Assembly: GCF_018350175.1 (NCBI RefSeq)
Contig: NC_058369.1
Span: forward strand, 5,952,001-6,016,000
Direction of reading: 5' to 3'
DNA from: Felis catus
Lineage: Eukaryota
DNA length: 64,000 bases
Shown: piece after piece, positions 55,136-64,000 of the stretch
Layout: each line of letters opens with the position of its first letter
Position numbering within the stretch: the stretch's first letter is position 1
The notes under the pieces: model-generated
The model's input: the letters and a program-made list of their open reading frames with translations, nothing else
Databases searched by the model: none
Told to the model about the DNA's origin: nothing
Program-made: the position numbers and the translations under genes

Positions 55136-58100
55136 ACGCACGCATACACGCACGCCCAGTCTCTGTCTGCCAGGGGCGGGCCCTGCGGGGGCTGCTATTT
55201 ATAAACAGAGGCGGCTGCTCTCCAGTATCAGCAAAGGCAGGCAGACAACACTTTCCCTCCTTCCACCACACTGGGGAGCAGACAAGGAGGGGCTGCGGGT
55301 GTACCTGACAAGAGCCAACCCGACCCCTCTTGCCCTGGTGGCTCTGGGAGTCCCATGTTCTCAGGGGTGCCCACCATCAATGGTTGGCCCTTGCCCCGTT
55401 GCTTGAAGCACCCTTTGGGGCAGTACCCATCCACCCCCCCCCCGCCCCCCCGCCCTGGCCCTGTCGCAGCACAGGACCCCCTTCTGAGCTGGAACCTCTG
55501 TGTGCGATTTCCCAGCCCTGGAACTTTCAGCTAAAGAGACTGGAACGGGGCAGGTCTAGGTTAGCACCCACGGGCGTGGGGTGAGCGGGTGCAGACCACC
55601 CGGCCTCCGCTTACCTGTAGCATGGACTCGAACTGATAGATGCAGAGCCCCAGCTCGGCCATGCTGGGCTTGAAGAGCTCCCTCAGGCGGTACTCCTGCA
55701 TCAGCCGCACGAAGACACAGAAGGCCTCCTCCTCGGGCATCTGGGTGGGTGGGGACAGGCAGGGTGGAAGGGGCGCTCGCGGCTCTTCTTATGGCCCTGG
55801 GGCGTGGTGCTTCGCCTGCCTCTGTTACGTTTAGACTTACAGAACGCGGACTGCGTAGGCTGCCTGGACCCTCATAACAAACCCCTAGTAAATATCATCA
55901 TCCCAGTTTCATTGATGGGAAAACTCCTGAGGCTGAGACCACAGGCCTCCTGGCAGGAAACAGGGAGCTGGGACTTGAAGCCTGGGGCTGGCCACCCCCA
56001 GCGCCCAAGGTGAGACACCCTCTGGTTTAGCCCCAGCTGTCTCCATTCTCCCCTCCTAGGTCTGCCGGGTTCTCTGGAGGAAACCCTTGGCCCAGCTAAC
56101 ACCGCACTGGCTGACCTAAGCCCTCCGCCTGAGTGCCAGCCCTGGGCGGTGACCGGGCAGCTCCCGGAGGGGACGGTGGACCAGGACAGGCAGCCAGCCC
56201 CTCCAAGCCCACCCACGGGGGGCTTGGCCTGGGGCCTGGCGGGGGTCGTAGGTGGGTGGGGAGGGAGGTCTGGCCCCAGGAGGACCCTGGACGGGGGCAC
56301 GCTCTGCTTTGGCCCACCTCCCGGGCTTGTGGCTGGTGCCTGGCCTACCTGCATGAGGAGCAGACCCACGATGAAGGCGCTGCCCTGGCAGTAGCCCACC
56401 TCCCTGTCCACCAGGGAGTACGCCTGCAAAGGGGACACACGCTCATTACCGCAGGGGCCCTCCGGGCCGGCGGGCCGTCACAGGCCGGGGTCTGGGCGTG
56501 GAGNNNNNNNNNNNNNNNNNNNNNNNNNNNNNNNNNNNNNNNNNNNNNNNNNNNNNNNNNNNNNNNNNNNNNNNNNNNNNNNNNNNNNNNNNNNNNNNNN
56601 NNNNNNNNNNNNNNNNNNNNNNNNNNNNNNNNNNNAGGACATCTTGANNNNNNNNNNNNNNNNNNNNNNNNNNNNNNNNNNNNNNNNNNNNNNNNNNNNN
56701 NNNNNNNNNNNNNNNNNNNNNNNNNNNNNNNNNNNNNNNNNNNNNNNNNNNNNNNNNNNNNNNNNNNNNNNNNNNNNNNNNNNNNNNNNNNNNNNACCCT
56801 GTCCCAGGGCGGCCTCCCCACGGCCACCCGGTCCAGCCCTGAGACGGGGCTGGCCTGTGGCTCGGTTGCGGCCCAGAGCTGGCCGAGCCCCCGTGCTGCG
56901 GACAGAAGCCATGCTGCTTAATGCGCGGTCCCCAGTCCGTCACGGAACAGAGCGGGCGGGAAACAAACGGGTACCTGAGACACCGGCGTGACAGCCACTA
57001 GCTTGGCCGGCCCCACCCTGCACCGCGGCCCTGGCCCTCCCGTGTCCTGGCAAGGCTCATCTCCACTTCCGCTCTCTGCCCGCGGGGGGGGCCCCCGGAT
57101 GGCCCTGGGACCCTGGTGCTGCCCTCCGGTGGCCCAGTGACCCGGCCGGCCCCGCCCAGCCCCACAGGCCCCGCCACCTTGAGCAGCTTCTCTTTCCTGC
57201 GCCTCCACTCCTCCCACTCGTTGGCGATCCGGCCCCACAGGATCCACGTGTCCTCCTCCAGGTGGCTCAGGTTGGAGGAGGCCGAGGAGCTGGACACCAG
57301 CGAGGAGCCGCTGTTCCGCCGGGAGCCGTTCATGGAGCGCATCGACTTGGAGTCGGCTTCCAGGAGCCTGGGCAGAGAGGGGCTGGTGGGGGCGGGGCCC
57401 CGGCTGCGGCCAACTCCTGCCCCCGCCCCTGGGCTCTAGTGACTCTCTGGGGACAGGGCACCCCCGGGGGAGCCCGGCCCCTCCTCTCAGGAGTCCCAGA
57501 CTGGGTCTAAGTTGTTCTCGCTGGGGGGCCTTAGCCGGTGCTCTACCCTCTCTGGGCCGTGGTCCTCGTTCCCGGGCCCCCAGAGAGGCCAACATCTTTG
57601 TGTCCCGTTTGTGTCTAGCACGGGGCTGAGAAGCCCGTGCATTGGCGGACTCAGTCGCGTACCAGCACCGCAGGGCAGGGTTGGTTAAGATCTACGCTCT
57701 ACGCACCAGGTGCAGGGAGGGCGAGCCACTCAGCCAGCTGGCAAGCAGCTGTGTGGCCGTGTGTTTCTGCTGCTCCGCCATCTGGGGCCTCGCTGACCCC
57801 GGGGGGGGACCACCCTCTGGCAGCCCAGCAGATTCCTAGAGATGGGTAAGGACTTGCCTGCCAAGCGCAGTTTTCCTATGCAGACCAACCAATCTAGAAC
57901 CCCCAAACCAACCCCCTCCCCTGCTCTGATCACCCCAGGGCCAGGTGCCAGGCCAACTAGGCTTGGCCCTGCACCCCCGAGCCCGCTGAGATTACTCGAG
58001 CTAGCCAGTCGGCCTCGCTGTTCCTTCCTACAGGAACCACAACGAAGGCTCTTGCTCACGTCCTGCCTCATTCCCTTTGCCCCCTGACCGACGCTGGTGC

Positions 58101-58695
58101 TTTTCTGGTTAGCCCCACATGGTGTGCCGGGCCCCCTCCTCTAAGAGGCGGTGACTCACAAACTCTCTGTCCATTGGCCTCGTTGTATCCGAATAATAAT
58201 ACCGCCTACATTTTGAAACCAGGGGAAGGGCCAGAGGAGACAGGTGGGAAGGCCTGGCTCCAGAGTCAGAGGATTTGTTCTTCCCTCCAACAGAGGCTCA
58301 GCCAGCGAAGGCCAGGTTCACTGGCCCTCTTGAAACCTTGGTCTCATCGGAATGGGGAAACCGATCATCTGGGGTTGGAGGACGGCAGAAGACGTCCCTT
58401 GTCAAGCCTCCGGTGGGCGCTGTTACTTTGCCGAGGGCCGGGCCCAGCTCTTAGTGTGAGGGGGGGCCCCCGGGAACTTCTGTGTGGGGCCCAGGCTGCA
58501 CCCCTGAGGCCACTCNNNNNNNNNNNNNNNNNNNNNNNNNNNNNNNNNNNNNNNNNNNNNNNNNNNNNNNNNNNNNNNNNNNNNNNNNNNNNNNNNNNNN
58601 NNNNNNNNNNNNNNNNNNNNNNNNNNNNNNNNNNNNNNNNNNNNNNNNNNNNNNNNNNNNNNNNNNNNNNNNNNNNNNNNNNNNNNNNNNNNNNN
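42735..58695 (-). CDS. EVI5L: EVI5-like protein (TBC-domain Rab GAP with long coiled coil)
   Basis: Visible exons 57367-57178, 56423-56349 (YCQG), 55740-55615, 54258-54115, 53978-53889, 52755-52658, 52576-52516, 49498-49445, (48480-48448 cassette), 47345-47205, 45627-45499, 44186-44046, 43957-43802, 43699-43553, 43465-43370, 43289-43194, 43019-42735. The first coding exon is inferred in gap 58516-58695 and a TBC exon in gap 56504-56795, where a 12-nt island reads K-M-S. Confidence 0.96.
48015..48070. repeat. (GGT)n trinucleotide repeat
   Basis: About 18 GGT units with one AGT interruption. Confidence 0.95.
48448..48480 (-). CDS. EVI5L: 33-nt cassette exon of EVI5L (ESAALADRLIQ)
   Basis: TAG|GAG...CAG|GTACTG, phase 0-0, long pyrimidine tract upstream. 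Confidence 0.85.
50690..51240 (+). mobile_element. ERVL-type solo LTR (MER74/MER73-like)
   Basis: TATGCAAACCAGCCAAT...CCCAGGGC...GCTGAAATTGTTCAGAC...AATAAAGG...GTAATAAA; family assigned from memory of the consensus. Confidence 0.6.
51720..51985. mobile_element. MIR fragment followed by an L2 3' end
   Basis: CCCATTTTGCAGAAGGGGACACTGAGGCTCAGA...GTCATACAGCTGG; TAGATGCTCAATAAATGCTTGTTG. Confidence 0.7.
55092..55132. repeat. (GT)n microsatellite
   Basis: Pure GT run. Confidence 0.95.
57810..58200 (+). mobile_element. Second ERVL-type solo LTR (MER74/MER73-like)
   Basis: TATGCAGACCAACCAAT...ATCACCCCAGGGCCAGGT...GAGCCCGCTGAGATTACTC...AACCACAACGAAGGCTCTTGC, collinear with 50690-51240. Confidence 0.6.
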
Positions 58696-61203
58696 TGCGA
58701 GCAGGGCCAGGTCACAGCTCTGTCTGGGGGCCGGAGACATGTATGGTCAGCACTGGGTGGGGGCGCCTACCCTGTCTGGCTGGCTCTGGGCCGGCTGAGC
58801 CTGCTGCTCGCCTGCGGACATTTCCTCACCTCGGGCTGCCCATCTCTGGTCTGTCCGCTCGGTGCACCCCCCATCCCCACGTACTCCAGCCCAGCGGACG
58901 GCCATGCTGGCTCCTTCTATGCGAGACACCAGCTACCATGATCCCTGCCTGGGTCCAGATGCATGGACGGAGACAGAAGGACCACAGCCAGGGCCCGAGC
59001 TGCCCTGCTGTCCCCGGGCATAAAGGCCAGGTCTCAACTTGACATCCCTGAGTCCTCAGCAGGACCAGGGGCAAAGGCTCCCTGTCACTCAGGCCTTGGA
59101 GGCACAGAAGCCCCTGCTCCAGTGGCCCTTCCTGACGGCCTTGGTCCCTGTCTCTGGCTAGATCCTGTCCTGGGAGCCCTGCCTCAGCATCCGACCTTCC
59201 CCGTCTCATCAACCAAAGTGGGTGGCTGGCACAGCCAGAAACAATTATTCTCTACCATTGATTGGCTGGTGTTGCCAAAGGCCGGAAGAGTCGACTCCCC
59301 TTGGGCTGGGAAGCCGGGGATGGACGCGTCAAAGTGCTGGGAATGTGTGGCCCGGTGGATGCAGAGCGAGAGCCACAGGCTCTCGTCAGTACCCCGATCT
59401 TGGCCGGGCGGGTGCCAGGCCCATTTGTCTGATTTTTCTTGGGGAGGATCTGGCCCCGCCCTCCTGGTGGCTTCCAGAACACTAGCCTCTTGCTTTCTGC
59501 CGGCTTCAGGAGAGGCAGCTCAGCACCGTACCGAAAGCGAGGGCTCTGGACTCAGACGAATCTGTGTCTGAACCGTGGTTCCCCCTCAACTAGCTGGGTG
59601 GCCTTGGGCCAGTCCCCTGGCCTCTCTGAGTCTCCAAAGACTGAGGATCATACAGGACCTGCTCCAGAAGGTGGCGGTGAACCTGAGTGTGCCACCGCAT
59701 GGAACGTGGGAGAACGGCGCCTGACACTTAATGACTGCTCTCTAGATGGTGGCCTTGATCATTCCTTCCAGAGCCAGGGCCAACATCTAGCTGGCCTCCA
59801 GGGTTCTGCTATGCCTGGTGTGGGGACTGCTGGCAGGAGCTGCCATCACCCTGGTGGGAGGTTTTAGGGGTGGGGCATGGCTAGGGGAGCGAAGGCAGGG
59901 GCTGGGGGCGGTGTTCTTTCCACTCAGTCATGTTTCTGGTAAGCCCAAGCATCAATGGTCTGAGAGAATGGGGATCTCCAGGGCCATGGAGGCGGGAAGA
60001 AAGTGCTCCTCCCCTCCCTGTCGCTTTGGACGGCTCCTTCACGTCCCCCTACTCTCCTGCATAGTCTGTGACAGGAATCCACTATTGCCCTTGGACCCCA
60101 CGTGACCTGGCTCTGACAGCTCCGCCCAGAGGGGCCCTTGGCCAGGCCCCGGAGAGGGGGCATCTGGTCCCCTAGGCAGCAGAAGGACAATGACAGGACA
60201 AGAGTAGACCATTTCACTCACACCTGCCATCAGGTCACTGGGCGCCTACTTGCAGCCTAAACTCAGACCCCAACTGACACCTGAGGGCCCACTGGGTGGC
60301 TGGGCTTGACCCTGGCCATACACTTGATTCCAGCCTCCTTGCCCTGTGCTGCCCTGTCACGGGGTGGGAGCGAGAGGGCATCATTCTTTTTTCACCTTGT
60401 AGGGGGCCCAGAACCCTCCCTTCCCAGGTCTCTGTGGCTCCTCAGGGCCCCTGGTTCTGCCTCTGGCTCCCCAAGGCTCTCTGATTCTGTTGGGTGCCGA
60501 GGGCTCTGGCTTGGGTGGGCGGTACAAACTCTGGGTGGCGAACCCTAGCAGAACTGGAAGAGCTCTTCCTCCCACGGCCTCGCTGGCCAGCGACAACTGC
60601 CCCAGAGAACGGGCCACTCTGCACCGTCTAGCCAGGAGTTAACCTCTCCGGAGAGAGGTGGGGCCCGCTCCGGGCCTACCACCGAGTCAAAGTCTGTGAC
60701 CAGCCAGGGCAGAGGCGGGCTGTGCACAGGAAGCCCTGACCTGGAAGGATCTCTCTGGGCGGGGAGGAGCTGGGAAGGCAGGCTTGGGAGGTGGGAGAGA
60801 GGTGGGGGAGGCGAGCACGGGAGCCTCCTAAGCACCGCTGGGGTGGGGGAGCAGTGGGAGCCCTGGAGCAAGAGACCACATGTGGCCAGTGTGGTGGTCT
60901 GGGCCCGCCATCTCAGGAGGCCTGGAGTGCCCTGGTGTTCACGATGCCACCCCCAAAGGACCCGAGGGACTGCTTCAACTCTGGCCTTCTGATTTCAAAA
61001 CACAACCAGCCACTAGCAGGGCTTGTCCAGATATTTATCACATATTAATGTGGACTTCATACAGGAAGTAAAATTGATTCAATACACACGGCTGAAATTT
61101 GCAGTCCGAGAGACAGAACCTTCTGATCCCTCAGGAACTTTCTCTTGACTCGTCGCCAGATTCTCTAAACACTGCCTGGCGCTGGAAGCCATCCTCCTGA
61201 TGC

Positions 61204-61430
61204 ACACACACACACACACACCATACACACTAACACACTCATGTAATTGACCCGCACACACCCACACATACTTACATACACTCACACACTACCTCACACC
61301 CGCTGCACTCACGGCGACACACACGATCTTGCACCCACACCCATGTGTACACACTCAGACACAGGGCCCACTCACACGATCACACCCACGCATTCTTACG
61401 TGCACACACACACACACACACATGCACGCA
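61204..61430. repeat. Degenerate CA-rich low-complexity tract
   Basis: Two (CA)n runs joined by CA-rich sequence. Confidence 0.8.
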
Positions 61431-62599
61431 CTTCCTGCACGGACCAGATCTTGCCACTCTTGGGACTGAGTAGGTTGGGACGGACACCGGCCCGCCACCC
61501 TCCTAGCTCTGCAGGTGGCCCTGCCTCCCCTCCAGAGAGGCCCAACTCTTCCCGGCTCACTGTCCTTCCCTGATCCTCACTGAGGGCCGTCTGAGGGCCA
61601 GGCACTGTTCTGGGCACAGGGAAATGGGGGGAAATAGGCAGATGAGGCACCGCCTCCCCTGCCTGACGGGTACAGAGACCCACAGATGGGGCAGTCCCTT
61701 CGAGGGCTGAGGGGCCACCAGCCTGAGATGTACATGCAGGTCCAGTGGGTCTGACGTGCCAGTCTCTCAGCATCCTTCACTTCAAGCCCCTTTGCCTCTA
61801 CCCCACCTCAGCCACTTGAATGGGGTCCTGGACCCTGCAGAGCAGGCAGTGGGCCGCCTACCCCTTTGCCTGCTGGCACTCCCACCCTCCACACGCCCAC
61901 AGGGTGGCGCATGGCTTATGAGGCTGAGCCCATGGCTAAGCCAACCTAGAGGGGTGGGAAGAGACTGCCAGTGTGCTGGGGGCAGGGGGCGTGGGGGCAG
62001 AAGGGCCCAGATGCTGGGCGTTTTCTACTTCCCTCCCCCTCTCCGGGCTGTTTAGACACTGCCAGCCATGCACCCTCCTTCTTGAAGTCCTTTTCCACCC
62101 AGCTTCAGACAGGCCAGGCTCCTGGCTTCTTTCCCACCTCTCTTCCTGGGCTTCTCAGTGTCCTACACAGCACCTCTTCCTCCACAGGCCTTGCCTCGGC
62201 CCCTGTCCCTTCATGCCCCTGGTGGTCTCACTGTCGAGGCTTAAATGATCAAAATAAATGCCACCAATTGGGACACTCTCCTTTCCCCAGCTTTCTCTTT
62301 CTCCTGAGCACCAGCCAAGATTGCCAACTGGCTCCTGAATATTACCCACCAGGGTAAAAATCGCCACTGTCTGGGTCCCTGCCACTGTGGTGCCCTGCAC
62401 TGAGCCTACAACATAAGAGTTGAGAAATTGAACCCACCTGCCCACCCACCCATATTTGCTGAATGCCTGCGAGGTGCTGGGCACCATATTGGGCAAATAC
62501 CAATGCAGTCGTGGCCCTCCCGGAGCGTACAGAGCATAGAGAATAAGAAACGACCATCCAAACTTTCTATTACAGATTGAGAGGCATGCTTGGAAGAAC

Positions 62600-63170
62600 A
62601 GATAGCCCGGAAAACAATCTGGCAGTTCCCTCAAAAGTTAAACACGGAGTTACCCTATGACCCAGCAATTCCGCTCCTAGATATCTACCCAAAAGAATGG
62701 AAACCGCATGACCACACATGAACTTGCACATGACTCTTCACAGCGGTGTTATTCGCAACAGACAAAAATTGGAAACAACCCAATGTCCGTTGATGGATGA
62801 ACAGACAAACAAAATGTGGTCCATCCATACAATGGAATATTACTCAGCCATAAAAAAGGAAGGAGGCTCTGACACCTCCTACAACGTGGACGGACCCGGA
62901 AGACATTATGCTCAGTACAAGAAGTCAGACACAAATGACCACAAGTGACATGGTTCCATTTATACGAAATGTCCAGAGGAGGCATATCTATAGTGGTGGC
63001 CGGGGCCAGGGCTTAGGGTGAACGGGGGAATGGGGGATTTCTTTTTGGATCAAGGAACTGTTCTGGAATTAGACAGCGAGGAGAATTGCACAGCGTTGTG
63101 AATATACTGAAACCCATTGAACCATTCGCTTTGAAAGGGTGACTTTTATGTTATGTGAATGATCGCTCAG
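62600..63170 (+). mobile_element. Old LINE-1 3' fragment (L1MB-like)
   Basis: TTACCCTATGACCCAGCAATTCC...; translates to LETTQCPLMDEQTNKMWSIHTMEYYSAIKK (ORF2 C-terminus). Confidence 0.88.
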
Positions 63171-63822
63171 AGAAAATGATGATAGGGGTGGGATGGGGTG
63201 GCAGAGGGACCACAGGGCAGAAGCAGGAGGGAGGCATGCTACTCTAGAGGAGACTGGAGAGTTCTGTAGAGGCCAGACCCCCACTGGGTCCTGTGGACCA
63301 AGGCAGGAGCCTGGCTGGCCTTGCATTTTAGGAAGACCTTCCCTAAAGCCAGCCGCTCCTCCTGATGCAGAGGGGCCTCGCTGGGTCTGTGGTGCTGCCC
63401 TCCACCCACCTGCTCAGGCCAAGCCTGGCATTAGCCCTCTGCGCTTGCCCAGACCCTTCAGCCACTCCCTACTTGGAGATGGAGACCAAATGTTTTTGCC
63501 CGGTGCGCACAGCCCTGCCGGCCTCCCTTTCTCTGTTATCCAAGCCCCACCAGGTTCAGCCCTCTGTGACCACCTGCTTCTTCCTGCCTGTGTCTTCGCA
63601 CATGCTGTTCCCTCTTGCTGGAAAGGCATTCTCCAACATTTTGAATATTTTTTTTCCTGTGAAATTGTTCCTGTCAACCTCCACCTCCAGCACGCTGGCT
63701 CACTTCTCTCCTCTCTGCAAATATCTCCTACAACCCAGCCCAAGGCACATTCTATGGCAATTACTTCTATACGTGCCTGCCTGCCCTACTGGGTCATGAA
63801 CGTGCTGAGGGCAAGGGCCTAA

Positions 63823-64000
63823 CTTTTTTTTTTTAAATTTTTTTTTAATGTTTGTTTTTATTTTTGAGACAGAGAGAGACAGAGCATGAACAGGGGAGGG
63901 TCACAGAGGGAGACAGAATCTGAAGCAGGCTCCAGGCTCTGAGCTGTCAGCAGAGAGCCCGACATGGGGCTCGGGCTCACGTACCGTGAGATCATGACCT
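63823..64000 (-). mobile_element. SINEC (felid type), truncated by the window end
   Basis: T-tail, GAGACAGAGAGAGACAGAGCATG, GAATCTGAAGCAGGCTCCAGGCTCTGAGCTGTCAGC, GTGAGATCATGACCT. Confidence 0.92.

Noticed and set aside
50690-58200. Full-length provirus bounded by two LTRs about 7 kb apart
   Set aside because: The interval holds EVI5L exons and no gag/pol remnants, and the LTRs are visibly diverged from each other.

Overview
GC-rich mammalian genomic DNA. Three carnivore tRNA-derived SINEs of the felid type point to a cat-family genome. The gene order matches human 19p13.2 in reverse: a 3' end attributed to TIMM44 by synteny, then CTXN1 (+), SNAPC2 (-), TGFBR3L (-), MAP2K7 (-), LRRC8E (-), PRR36 (+) and EVI5L (-). 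I rebuilt the exon chains by hand with consistent GT-AG phases. I found no unknown biological system. The points most worth checking are: (1) the N-gaps fall on conserved exons and have exon-like sizes, suggesting homology-based masking or read filtering; (2) an upstream signal-peptide exon for TGFBR3L with a compact SF-1/PITX motif cluster just after the MAP2K7 polyA site; (3) a donor hidden in the MAP2K7 stop codon with a matching alternative C-terminal exon in the 3'UTR; (4) an RFX X-box at the CTXN1 promoter; (5) an LxxIxE motif and a repeat-built Pro-rich exon in PRR36; (6) a 33-nt EVI5L cassette exon. Comparisons to human and mouse proteins are from memory, not from a database search.
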